Shown here: positions 51,145 to 64,000 of the stretch, in pieces | How positions within the stretch are numbered: position 1 is the first letter of the stretch | Layout of the letters: each line of letters opens with the position of its first letter | Translations under genes and position numbers: made by a program | Source of the DNA: Eledone cirrhosa | Lineage: Eukaryota | DNA length: 64,000 nt | Reading direction: 5' to 3' | Assembly: GCA_964016885.1 (NCBI GenBank) | Contig: OZ024745.1 | Span: 109,182,001 to 109,246,000 of the forward strand | The notes under the pieces: generated by a model | Databases searched by the model: none | Told to the model about the DNA's origin: nothing | The model's input: only the letters and a program-made list of their open reading frames with translations

Positions 51145-51290
51145 CAGGTGTCTCCCCAAAAATGTATACATACTTCAACAGCATTCTGATTAATATGTGT
51201 ATACATTTTTGGAGGACACCCTGTATTTTTGGAGGACACCTATATATATGTGTGTATGTATGTGTATGGGCACACACACACATATATATG
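50322..51290. repeat. Tandem array of six MITE-plus-microsatellite units
   Basis: ~79-bp CAGGTGTCTCCCCAAAAAT...ACATTTTTGGGGGACGCCCTG units start at 50322, 50533, 50690, 50849, 51000 and 51145; homologous to the MITEs at 5706 and 7684. Confidence 0.93.
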
Positions 51291-52035
51291 TACGTATAGT
51301 TCAAATATATCTTTTTAGGTCTAAATATCTCAAGTAAATAGTAAATAATTTAATAATACTAATGTGTTTAGAGATTAGTAATTAAGATTTGATATGATGT
51401 TATATAGGAAGATTGACTAATAAATGGGTTTGTTATATACATAGTTTGTTTGTGACTTTCTTGTAGTCTGCACGTATTGTTTGCTAAGTCAATTAGTCAT
51501 TAAAAACTTTGAAATGAAAATGTCAAGTAGTGGATGTAAGAGCTAATGGACTGGTGTAGCTGTGGTGGGGAAAGAGACATTTTCACACCAGTGACTTGGA
51601 AATAAAGGCTAAATCACTCATTTGGAACTAACAATGTTAAGGAGACAGACAAGAATGGCTTGAAGCCAGTATTCCAGGCAGTTAACATATGTTGAAGTTT
51701 AGCAAAAAAAGTCAAGATAACTATTTCCAAAGAAACTCTGCAGAGATATCTTTTTGGCTGGGCATTCATTTCAATTTTTGATGTTACAGACTATGTGTGT
51801 ATGTTTATTTGTGTATGCGTGTGTACATGTGTGTATGAGAGTGAGTATGTGTGTGTTATGTATGTGTGGTTGTGTGCACATGGGTATGAACATGAGTGAG
51901 TTTGTGTTTGAATGTGAATGTGTGCTTGTGTGTGTGTATGAATTTATTCTTGCAAGTATTTCTTTGTATGTGAGTGTTGATGCATGTGTGCATGCTTGCG
52001 TGTATGTGTGTGTGTGAGAGAGAGAGAGAGAGAGT

Positions 52036-52086
<51 letters not shown>

Positions 52087-52716
52087 TGGAAGGGATAGAG
52101 AAGGAAATTAATGAGAAAGGTGGAGAGAGAATAAAAGTGAAGCAAGTTATGTTTGTCTCAGTATTAGAGATTTTAATAGATTTAGAAATTATTATGTAAG
52201 AAACATTCATTTTATTTATTTACTTATACTTTAAACCACTCGACAACTTAGAGACCTGCACCTGAGTGTTCAGTAACCTAGGCTAGCCCTACAATGTGTA
52301 CCCTTTTCTCCTAGTTTTGTGCCAAGCTTCTCTCAAATAAAATAATTTCAACTTACAGTTTGGCAAGATGACAAACCAATTTCTTGACACTTCTTGACAT
52401 GACCACACTAGGAAAATTACTAAGCTTGTATTTTGCACTGCACAGTCCACAGTTACTCATGCCAAATAATGTGGCAGGTCACTATACAACCCTCTCCATT
52501 GCTATATGACAAAGATGTTTAGTAATTAATTTATTGATCACAGGATCTGAGGTCTACATCCTAAGAGGCTGTCTAGTTGGACTTATAGCAGCGCAGGCCC
52601 TGTATAAAAAAAGTGTAATTTTATTACTTCTTGAGATATTTTTCACTGTTATGAAAATCAGACACTGATCAGTAAAACAACCAGTTTTAAGATGTTGAGC
52701 ACCATGTGGGCTCTTT

Positions 52717-52985
52717 GGAGATATGTGGCCTAATGGTAAGGTTTTGGGACTTACGATCATAATGTCATGGGTTTGATTCCTAGGCTGAGTTGTGTGTTGT
52801 GTTCTTGAGCAAAACACTTCATTTCACGTTGCTTCAGTATACTCAGCTGAAAATGAGTACCAGCAATAGGCTGGTGTCCTGTCCGGGGTGGAGTCTTCTA
52901 CTCTCAGTTATTTCATGCCATGAAACCAAGATAAGCACTAGTCTAATGATGTTCCAGTCATGGTTATCTTGTCTTTTATTTTAAT
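52717..52985 (+). mobile_element. SINE family B3
   Basis: GTGGCCTAATGGTAAGG..GGTTTGATTCC head, CORE-like GTGTTGTGTTCTTGAGCAAAACACTTCATTTCACGTTGCT, 3' part as in 36310-36585. Confidence 0.82.
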
Positions 52986-53140
52986 TAACATTTTTATTTC
53001 AGACAGTGCATAAAGAACTATGTTATCCATCATATCAGTTTGATGGGTGGGAGTTAAAAGGATTTTGGCTGCTACTTCTATCAGGTTGAGAGATGATGGG
53101 CTCTGTCAAATGCCCTAAGAAACATCATATGTCAATATGG

Positions 53141-53205
53141 CAGCCCTATGACTCCCTCAGGAGATACAGGTCCATACTGTATCTCCTGAGGGAGTCATAG
53201 GGCTG
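53141..53205. repeat. Perfect inverted repeat, 29-bp arms, 7-nt loop
   Basis: CAGCCCTATGACTCCCTCAGGAGATACAG-GTCCATA-CTGTATCTCCTGAGGGAGTCATAGGGCTG. Confidence 0.95.
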
Positions 53206-54284
53206 AGGGAGTCCATTGAAGGGCTAGGGTACAACTTCCTCCAACTCCAACTATCACATTTAGTCAAATGTGGGAGGGCTAAGAAGATATTTGTATCTGC
53301 ACGTAGGCCACTAGATACCATTTAGGAAAGGCATAGTGCTCATAGATACTAAGTCTTACTCAAATGTAAGTGATGGCTGTAGTCATTGTACAATAAGTAG
53401 AAAAGATACTAAATACATGCAGCAGAGGTTTGTTTAGTCATTTAAAGCTTTAAATTCATTCTGTCACTACATTGAGTTTCTTGCTATGTGTATTACTTTA
53501 GGCACCAGAATGGTGAATATAGTGTGTATGTGAGTGTGTGTGTGTGTGTGTATGTATATATATATATGTGTGTTTGGGTGTGTGTATAGATGAGTGTTTT
53601 GATATACATATGTGTGAGTGTGTATCCACACACATGCACACATGTGTGTATGCACACATATACATATGTGTGAGTGTGTATGCATATATATTTTTGTGTT
53701 TGTGTGTGTGGGCACACATACAAATATATTTTAGAATGTACACACACACTACACACATATATTCGTGTATAATTACATGCACATGTGTATGCACAAGAAC
53801 AATGCATCTATAACAGGCACTTATAAACGCACACATTGTTTACAAGCTAGGCCTAGGCATGCATCTGTAGTTCGCATGATTAATGCATATATAATAAACA
53901 CACAAGTAATTATACCCACAGACATATTACCAACACACAAACCAAATCTATACTAATGTAGTTATTCATCAAACATTATCAAAGCCGTGCCAGGCAGTTT
54001 TGTCATCGTAAAAGTCCTAGGTGTACAGTTATATTTCATTAAGCTTGTTGACTACATGTTGCCTTTAGCGAAATGAAATTTCGCGATAAATAGGAGAAAA
54101 TACTGACAGTGTTGAGTCAGGTATTGAAGAAGACAGACGAGAAAAGCGATTTCTCTGCTCAGAAATTTAATTACATAGAACCAGCAATTGCTGTTGTTTT
54201 CTTTTTTAATTAATCGCCCATTAAGATATTATCAACATAATTGGAAAATTTGGCACACATACATACCCATACACACATTAAAAC

Positions 54285-55330
<1,046 letters not shown>

Positions 55331-56277
55331 ATAGCTATAAATATATTTTTGTAAAACTTCACAAGAATTTATAAGAACGTACGCACAACTACAAGCCTAT
55401 ATAAACGCACAATGAATATGTATATACACACTGACACTTTTTCACATACACACACACATACATTAACATATGCACATATATTAACATAAGCATATTGGGC
55501 TACATAGCCTAAATGGCTAGCTATGAGGGCAAATAGAGAGATATGTATGTATTTACCCATATGCACACCCACCCACACATATATACATCAAGAACAAAAT
55601 ATATAGGATACTATAAAATATGTATGCACGTACATATATGCATGTTCATATCTTTTTACACACACACACACACATATATATGCCTATAAATAAGGCAACA
55701 AATTGGCAGAGTTTTTAGAATTGCTTTGTAATAGCTGTTCCAGTTCTCCGTGTTCTGAGTTCAAATCCCACCGAGGTCAATTTTACCTTTCGTCCTTCCA
55801 AAATCGATAAAAATGTACTCTTTCTGTACTGGAGTCGATTCTTCCTCTAGATTCCTTTCTCACTTCCCCTCTTACTGTTTCTCCTTCTGGAAGAAATTTG
55901 CTGTGTTCAGACCTCGAGAGAAATGGGCCCTGACATGTTTAACCAAAATTCCCCCAAATTGTTATATGTCACTATGGCAACCCCAAGATTCCATCAGGAG
56001 TTATGGGTCAATACATACACATGCTTACAAATGTCCACACTGGAACACACGAACACGTGTGTTCTACAAGTCTTTACCCAACAGAAATGTGTGTTGCTCT
56101 ATATGGGTTACCATAGAAACAACTACAGATATTTATTAGGTAGCACAAAATGTATTAAAAACTTTTGTCAAAGAACTCTTGCATTACATGTGTGACACCA
56201 TAACTATGGCACTAAAATTGTAGCACTGAAACTGTGACACAAGAAATCTGTGGGCCCGAAATAATAAATTTATAGAA

Positions 56278-56617
56278 CATGGCTTAGTGGTTAGAGCATT
56301 GGGCTTGCAATCGAAAGGTTGTGAGTTCAATTCTCAGACCGGGTGATGTGTTGTTTCTTTGAGCAAGACACTTTATTTCACATTGCTCCAGTTTACTCAG
56401 CTGTAGAAATGAGATGATAGGGACTGGGGTCCCTATCATTCCACTGCAAAGTGGTCGTGGAGGTGCCACATCAAAAAAGAACCCAGCACTCACTGTAAAT
56501 GAGGTTGGTGTTAGGAAGGGCATCCAGCTGTAGAAATCAAGCCAGAAGCAGTTCCCGTCCCACCCTTGCAAGCAGGGAAAAAGTGGACGTAAAATGAAAT
56601 GATGATGATGATGATGA
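56278..56617 (+). mobile_element. Full-length SINE family B1 (tRNA head, CORE-like domain, RTE tail)
   Basis: A box TGGCTTAGTGG, B box GAGTTCAATTC, CORE-like block, last ~45 nt matching the RTE end at 40990-41050, (ATG)n. Confidence 0.92.
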
Positions 56618-56663
56618 ACCAAATATGTGACACAAGGATTATAGCACAAAACTGAGACACCAA

Positions 56664-56846
56664 AATAATTGTTTCAACTTTTGGCACAAGGCCAGCAATT
56701 ACCCAGTGCATTACTAACGCTTTATTTTATCGACCCCGTAAGGATGAAAGGCAAAGTTAACCTTGGTGGGATTTAAACTCAGACCGCAAAGGGCTGTAAC
56801 TTTATGCTGCAAAGCATGGTGTCTGACCCTTTACTGATACAGCCAA
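56664..56846 (-). mobile_element. SINE family A
   Basis: Reverse-complement match to 6534-6715. Confidence 0.9.
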
Positions 56847-57734
56847 AATGACATCAAATACAGAGGTACCAAAATAGCAGTAGTGAAACTTTAACATCAA
56901 ATTTAGGGCCTCTGTAGATCTCATGAAACCAGCAGTCAGTCATACATGTAAGTCTCCCATCTCCATGTCACCAATATTGTCCAAAGGAAAAGGAAATGTA
57001 AATGGCCAATACAGCTCAACATCTGTGTTGTTGGAGGGAAACTGAAGATACATAAGCCTGTAATAAACACCACAAACCCTCATCGTGTCTGATACTTTAG
57101 CAATTCTGCCAATCCATTGTCCCTAGACTGGTAAGTTATTTATCTATCCCACTCCCCAAGTTGGCTTTGGAGGGATTTGCATTCAGTGCACAGAGAGCCA
57201 AAGCAAAAACCTTGTGGCATTTAAAATGACGCTTTAAATGATTCTACCAAATTCACCAACTGTTATGACCACCAAAACTGTGGCACCGAAACTATGGTTC
57301 ATTTGGGATTCTGAATCAGTGGCACAAAAACTGCAACACCAGCCCATCCGAATTAATGTTTTTTGAGGCCCTAAGCACATAAAAAATTATGGTGCCTCTA
57401 CCTCCACCACTACCACCATATATAAAGCCTGTAATTTAAAAAAAATGACAAATCATTTAATTTGAATAAAATGATGCCCCTCCACTTGATGCCCTAAGCA
57501 TGTGCTTATTTTGTCTTAAAAATCAGAAGAATAGCTGAGATGATGGAGGTTGAGTGACTGGTCCAAGTCTTCTGGAACTAGGAAAACCATTCAGTTATCT
57601 TTTCCCCTATTTGTCCCCTTCTGCTTCCATTAGAAATTAACAACAATTGTGGTGACTAAAGCTTTGTGAATGGTATTTATGGAATTTGGTAGATAGAAAC
57701 TGGTATATATTCGTTTTATCTAAGTGAACTAAGG

Positions 57735-58045
57735 CTCAATCAAGTGCAGAGCTTGGAGATCAGAGAGTCACTCCAGGTAGAACTGCTACTTCTCCAAATT
57801 GAGAGATCACAGCTCCGATACTATGGACATGTGGTTAGAATGTCTCAGAAAAAAATTGCTGGGGAGATTTTATGGGCAAAAACCAACTGGCAAGAGACCC
57901 AGGGGTCTCTGAGCAAGATGGTTGGATAACATCCATGAGCTTGGCTGGTCATGCTTGGGGATTCAGCCAGATCAATTGGAAACAGTTGCTTCTGACAGGA
58001 CCCACTGAAAGGAGTGCTTGCAGATTCTGCCCCACGACCCTCTCA
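57735..58045 (+). mobile_element. RTE-like LINE 3' fragment
   Basis: EIRESLQVELLLLQIERSQLRYYGHVVRM..., then a frameshifted GKRPRG. Confidence 0.8.
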
Positions 58046-58429
58046 GGAATCCTAGAAGTGAAACATTTAGCTTCTGAATTTGTGTCAAAGTTTAGTAAGT
58101 TAGCTATGTATTTCTATGACCACAGCCACTCTTAACCAGTCTAGAAGAGTTATCTATCTACTGAGACTGTAATATCACTGCTGCCTTCATCCAATCCTAT
58201 CCATTTATTTAGCTATCCATTACAGATGTATAAATAGATAACTGGAGAGGAATGGATAACTATGTTGCCCTCAAGGTAAAGAAATGATATCAGCAATGAC
58301 AACAGTTAACATAGAATCAACACTGATATCAACATATAACATCAGCAATAGAAAAAAACCACAAAAAAAAGCAGCAGTATTATTCACTAACATTGTCCTC
58401 AGTAACCAGAAACTGTACAACTCTGCCCC

Positions 58430-60240
58430 ACACCAACAACACCACCATAATCACTACCAACATCATCACTATCATCAACACCAGCACAACCACTACCAAC
58501 AGTATCACCACCAACAGCACAACCACTACCAACAGCACCACTGCCATCATCACCACCACCACAACCACTACCAACATCATCACCATCATTAATATCAACA
58601 CAACCTCTACCATCAACACCACCACCACAACCACTACCAGCAGCACCACCATCATCAACACCACCACAACCACTACCAGCAAATCCATCATCATCACCAC
58701 CGCCATCATCACCACCACCACCACAACCACTACCAACATCATCACCATCATTAATATCAGCACAACCTCTACCATCAACACCACCACCACCACAACCACT
58801 ACCAGCAATACCATCATCATCACCCCCGCCATCATCACCACCACCACCACACAACCTCTACCAACATCATCACCATCATTAATATCAGCACAACCTCTAC
58901 CCCTCCACCACCATTAACACCATCCACAACAACACCACAACTCCCAACCACCACCCTCAACAACACCACAACTCCCAACCACCACCACCACCACCACCAC
59001 CCTCAACAACACCACAACTCCCAACCACCACCACCACCACCCTCAACAACACCACCACCACCACCACCCTCAACAACACCACAACTCCCAACCACCACCA
59101 CCACCACCCTCAACAACACCACCACCACCACCACCACCACCCTCAACACCACCACCACCACCACCACCCTCAACAACACCACCACCACCACCACCACCCT
59201 CAACAACACCACAACTCCCAACCACCACCACCACCACCACCACCCTCAACAACACCACAACTCCCAACCACCACCACCACCACCCTCAACAACACCACCA
59301 CCACCACCACCATCCTCAACAACACCACAACTCCCAACCACCACCACCAACAACACCACAACTCCCAACCACCACCACCACCACCACCAACAACACCACA
59401 ACTCCCAACCACCACCACCACCCTCAACAACACCACAACTCCCAAACACCACCACCACCACCACCACCCTCAACAACACCACCACCACCACCACCACCAT
59501 CCTCAACAACACCACAACTCCCAACCAACACCACCACTAACACAACCATCCTCAACTACACAAAAACTTTCAACAACCACCACCACCACCACCACCATCC
59601 TCAACAACACCACAACTCCCAACCACCACCACCCTCAACAACACTACAACTCCCAACCACCACCACCACCCTCAACAACACCACAACTCCCAACCACCAC
59701 CACCACCCTCAACAACACCACAACTCCCAACCACGACCACCACCACCACCGCCATTACTAACATAACAATAACATGTTGTGGTCTCCAGAATAAGTTAGA
59801 GCAGCAGTGTCTAAAATACCTGCAACTAACTAATAAGTCCATCCTGGAGGCTTTGGGCTTTACTGATCACTCATTACATGCTGCTAGTTACCACATACTT
59901 TTAGTTTATGTTTATTTTTGTTTGTTAAAATTCTATTTACAACCACCACCACCGCCACCACTGCCATCACCACCACCACCACTGCCATCACCACCACTGC
60001 CATCACCACCACTGCCATCACCACCACCACCACCACCACCATCACCACCACTACCACCACTACCATCACCACCATCACCACCACTACCAACATCACACCA
60101 TCACCACCACCACCACCACCACCACCATCACACCACCACCACTACCACCATCACACCAGCACACCATCACCACCACTACCACCATCACACCATCACACCA
60201 TCACCACCACCACCACCACCACCACCATCACACCGCCATT
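58430..60240. repeat. (CCA/CAA/CAT)-rich triplet arrays with higher-order unit CCCTCAACAACACCACAACTCCCAA(CCA)n
   Basis: Direct; interrupted by unique sequence at ~59760-59940. Confidence 0.95.
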
Positions 60241-60289
60241 ACCCACAATGCCATTTCACTAACCTACCAAACCCATTATCCTCACAACT

Positions 60290-60333
<44 letters not shown>

Positions 60334-60649
60334 TACATTGTTAACGCCACATCTTACTAAAACCAAAACCAAACCAAACCAAACCAAACCAAACCAAACA
60401 TTTTTATTTAAACCACCGATGGCAGATTGGTGTGTAACCCTATTGGTGACTAACAAATGTGTTGGCTTTAAACATAGTTGTTAAAATTGTAGCTGGTGTT
60501 GCCATTGTTGTAATTGTAGTTGTTATTGCTGTTGTTTTTAAAATAAATTCCTTTATTTAATTTTAAAGCTTGCTGTTTGATTTTAAATTCGAAGTATGTC
60601 TTGCACTGCATATGTTGTATCAAGAACATGTCCTTGTAATTTCACACAT

Positions 60650-60932
60650 GCATATATACACACACAATCACATTTATGTGTATAAATATACACACGCACA
60701 CATACACACACACACATATATATACACACACACACATACACACACATATATATATATATACACACACACACACATATATATATATATGCATGCACATCAC
60801 ATGCATACATGTATACACATATGCTCAAACATGTACATTTGTATGTATAAATAAATGTGTGTGCACGTATGTGTATGTATATTATATATATATATATATG
60901 TATATGTATAAGTATATATATATATATGTATA

Positions 60933-60965
<33 letters not shown>

Positions 60966-61078
60966 TGTATAAGTATGTATATATATATATTTATATATAT
61001 ATGTACAAGTATATATGTATATATATATATTTATATATATATATGTACAAGTATATATGTATATATATATAGTTATAT

Positions 61079-61173
<95 letters not shown>

Positions 61174-61203
61174 TGTGTATATATATATATATATATATAC
61201 ACA

Positions 61204-61243
<40 letters not shown>

Positions 61244-61247
61244 TGTG

Positions 61248-61297
<50 letters not shown>

Positions 61298-61595
61298 CAC
61301 ACACATATATATATGTATGTATGTACATACATATGTATGTATACTCACACACACACAGGCCTCGTCTTTTCTATTTGTTGGCTGAAGTTGTTGAACACAG
61401 AGTTCACATAAATTTCAGTTCAATTAAATCCGTTGTTTGTTTTCTATTTTACTTACATGTCAAATGAGTCCGTATGTCTTCAGTTGACTTTAGCACAAGT
61501 TGTAATGGAAATTTCAAAACACAATTCACTAACCATACCAAACCCAACACTATTACATCACACTTCGAAAATTTGATTAGAAAATTTAAACAAAC

Positions 61596-61631
<36 letters not shown>

Positions 61632-61682
61632 GTGTATACACAAGCATGCACGTATATGTTCTTATACACAGATAATGGCATG

Positions 61683-61722
<40 letters not shown>

Positions 61723-62652
61723 GTGTATGTATATATATATATATGAGTGTATATATATATATATGTGTATATATATATATATATGAGTGTATATATGTAT
61801 ATATATATATATATATAAGAGTGTATATATAAATATATATATGAGTGTATATATGTATATATATATATATATGAGTGTGTATATATATATATAAATATAT
61901 ATGAGTGTATATATATATATACATATATATATGAGTGTATATATATATATATATATATATGAGTATATATATATATATATATATATATATGAGTGTATAT
62001 ATATGAGTGTATATATATATGTGTATATATATATATATGTGTGTGTGAGTATATATATATATATATATATATGTGTGTATGTATGTATATACACATATAT
62101 ATGTATATGTATGTATATACACATATATATGTATATGTATGTGTATATATATGTGCATATGTGTGTGTATATATATTTATATAGGCGATGTATATGCACA
62201 TTATTTCAAATGTGTGTGTATGGATATATATATATATATATATATATGTTAGTCCATGATGTACGTGTGTGTGTGCTTGCATGCACGTATATACACATTG
62301 TGTGTATGCATGCAAAACGCATGCATATTGTTTCAGGTGGGAAAGTAGATATTCTAAAAATTTTAAATTACTTTTTAATGAAATAAACATTTTTAAAAAT
62401 CACACATGCTCACACATACATGCACATATACACCCAAACACACACACATATATTTATATATATATAATATATATATGCCTGTGTATATATAATATATATA
62501 TATTATATATATATGTGTATGTATATATATATTATATATATTATATGTGTGTATATATATATATATAATATATGTGTGCCTGTGTATATATAATATATAT
62601 ATATATATATTATATATATATGTGTGTGTATATATATACTATATATATTATA

Positions 62653-62684
<32 letters not shown>

Positions 62685-62816
62685 ATATATGTGTGCCTGT
62701 GTATATATAATATATATATATTATATATATATATTTATGTGTATATATATACTATATATATTATATGTGTGTGTGTATATATATATATATAATATATGTG
62801 TGCCTGTGTATATATA

Positions 62817-62849
<33 letters not shown>

Positions 62850-62940
62850 ATATGTGTGTATATATATACTATATATATTATATGTGTGTGTATATATACA
62901 TATATAATATATATATGTATATATGTGTGTGCACGTGTAT
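60650..62940. repeat. (TA)/(CA)/(TG) compound microsatellite region
   Basis: Direct, with short unique islands. Confidence 0.95.
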
Positions 62941-63193
62941 ACATACATGCTCAACAAACGATGTAGAATGTAATGAACTTGTTGAAAGAGATGTCAGCCT
63001 AGTGTGAGTCTTAAAACCTTTAATCAGACTTGATGCAGTTTCAAATACTGTCAATCTTTAATGTTATTTATTTTATCATTTAATACGAAACTATCTGAAA
63101 CAGCTCTTTGCTTCTATGATACAAAACTGTTTATTTTAAAGTGTTTATATTTATCTAAAAACAACCTCGTATAATTTTAACTAAGAACCTTTG

Positions 63194-63835
63194 TTAACCC
63201 TTTAGCGTTTAAACAAGCCATATGTCCGGCCAAAATTCTTTCACCTCTTTCTGTTTAAAATGGCTGCAACCATTCGTTTATACTGATAAGGTATTGTTCT
63301 CAAAATAAATAATATCAAAATCTCATAGATTCGATATTATCTGAGATAATTATGTGAGGTAACGTCTATACCATGAAAATATAACAGTATATGTAGAGTA
63401 ATGTAAATGCTAATTGGTTAAGTTATACCTTAACCCATTAATATTTAAACCAACCATATCCGGCCAGAATTCTCTCACAACCTCCTGTTCAAACTGCCCA
63501 TAACTAGTCACTCATACTTATGTTAAGTTATTGTTCTCAAAATAAATAATTGTTTCTATTTTAGGCACAAGGCCAGCTATTACCCGGTGCATTACTGGTA
63601 CTTTATTTGATTGACCCCTTAAGGATGAAAGGCAAAGTCAACCTCGGCAGGATTTGAACTCAGATCGTAAAGGGACGTAACTATGCTGGAAAGCATGGCG
63701 TCCGACCCTCTACCGATACTGCCAATCCACAAAATCTCATAGATCCAATATTCTGCGAGATAATTATATAAGATAAAGTGTTTACTGCGAAAATATAATA
63801 GTAAATATAGAGTAATGTAAATGCTAAAGGGTTAA
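63194..63835. mobile_element. Two tandem piggyBac-type MITEs (63194-63421, 63430-63835); second interrupted by SINE A (63545-63730, minus)
   Basis: TTAACCC... and ...GGTTAA ends on both; the MITE body resumes AAAATCTCATAGAT after the SINE. Confidence 0.88.
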
Positions 63836-64000
63836 GTAATACCTTAAACACTGGTTTCAAAATGAGAAAGTTATTTTCATAAATCTCTCCAAAATATTGA
63901 TTATTTTCAAAATTATGTGAAAACCATAGGCAGTGTCATTCATTAGAATTACGGTAATAACATAGTTAATGAATGCATTAAATCTATTTATGTGTGTTTG

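Noticed and set aside
56278-56345. tRNA gene
   Set aside because: A/B boxes are present but the acceptor stem does not close and the sequence runs into a SINE body; the same holds for the other SINE heads.
57340-57520. hAT-like MITE ends (also ~9960-10022, ~21606 and ~33663)
   Set aside because: Only one plausible terminus each; I could not confirm paired TIRs or 8-bp TSDs.

Overview
Eukaryotic, AT-rich, almost entirely repetitive non-coding DNA. The repeat content (very long (TA)n/(CA)n/(GA)n/(CCA)n microsatellites, tRNA-headed SINEs, RTE LINE tails ending in (GAT)n) looks like an octopus/coleoid cephalopod intron or intergenic region; that taxon call is inference. I can support no host protein-coding gene: nearly all track ORFs are microsatellite artefacts, and the rest are decayed retroelement pieces (a 2.2-kb 5'-truncated RTE LINE, several RTE 3' stubs, Penelope-like RT/GIY-YIG remnants, one CRE-like endonuclease remnant). 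Also present are Tc1/mariner-type and piggyBac-type MITEs, a 78-bp satellite, a 37-bp minisatellite and a MITE-derived tandem array. The most interesting signal is a set of at least four unrelated short fold-back elements (mostly 5.8-13 kb, more at 23 and 26 kb), mostly embedded in (TA)n, that carry whole or partial type I hammerhead ribozyme cores and share one geometry: antisense 3' end joined to a 5'-truncated sense arm that stops at an internal TA. I interpret them as Penelope-like pLTR insertion products. Repeat boundaries were read by eye and are approximate unless stated.
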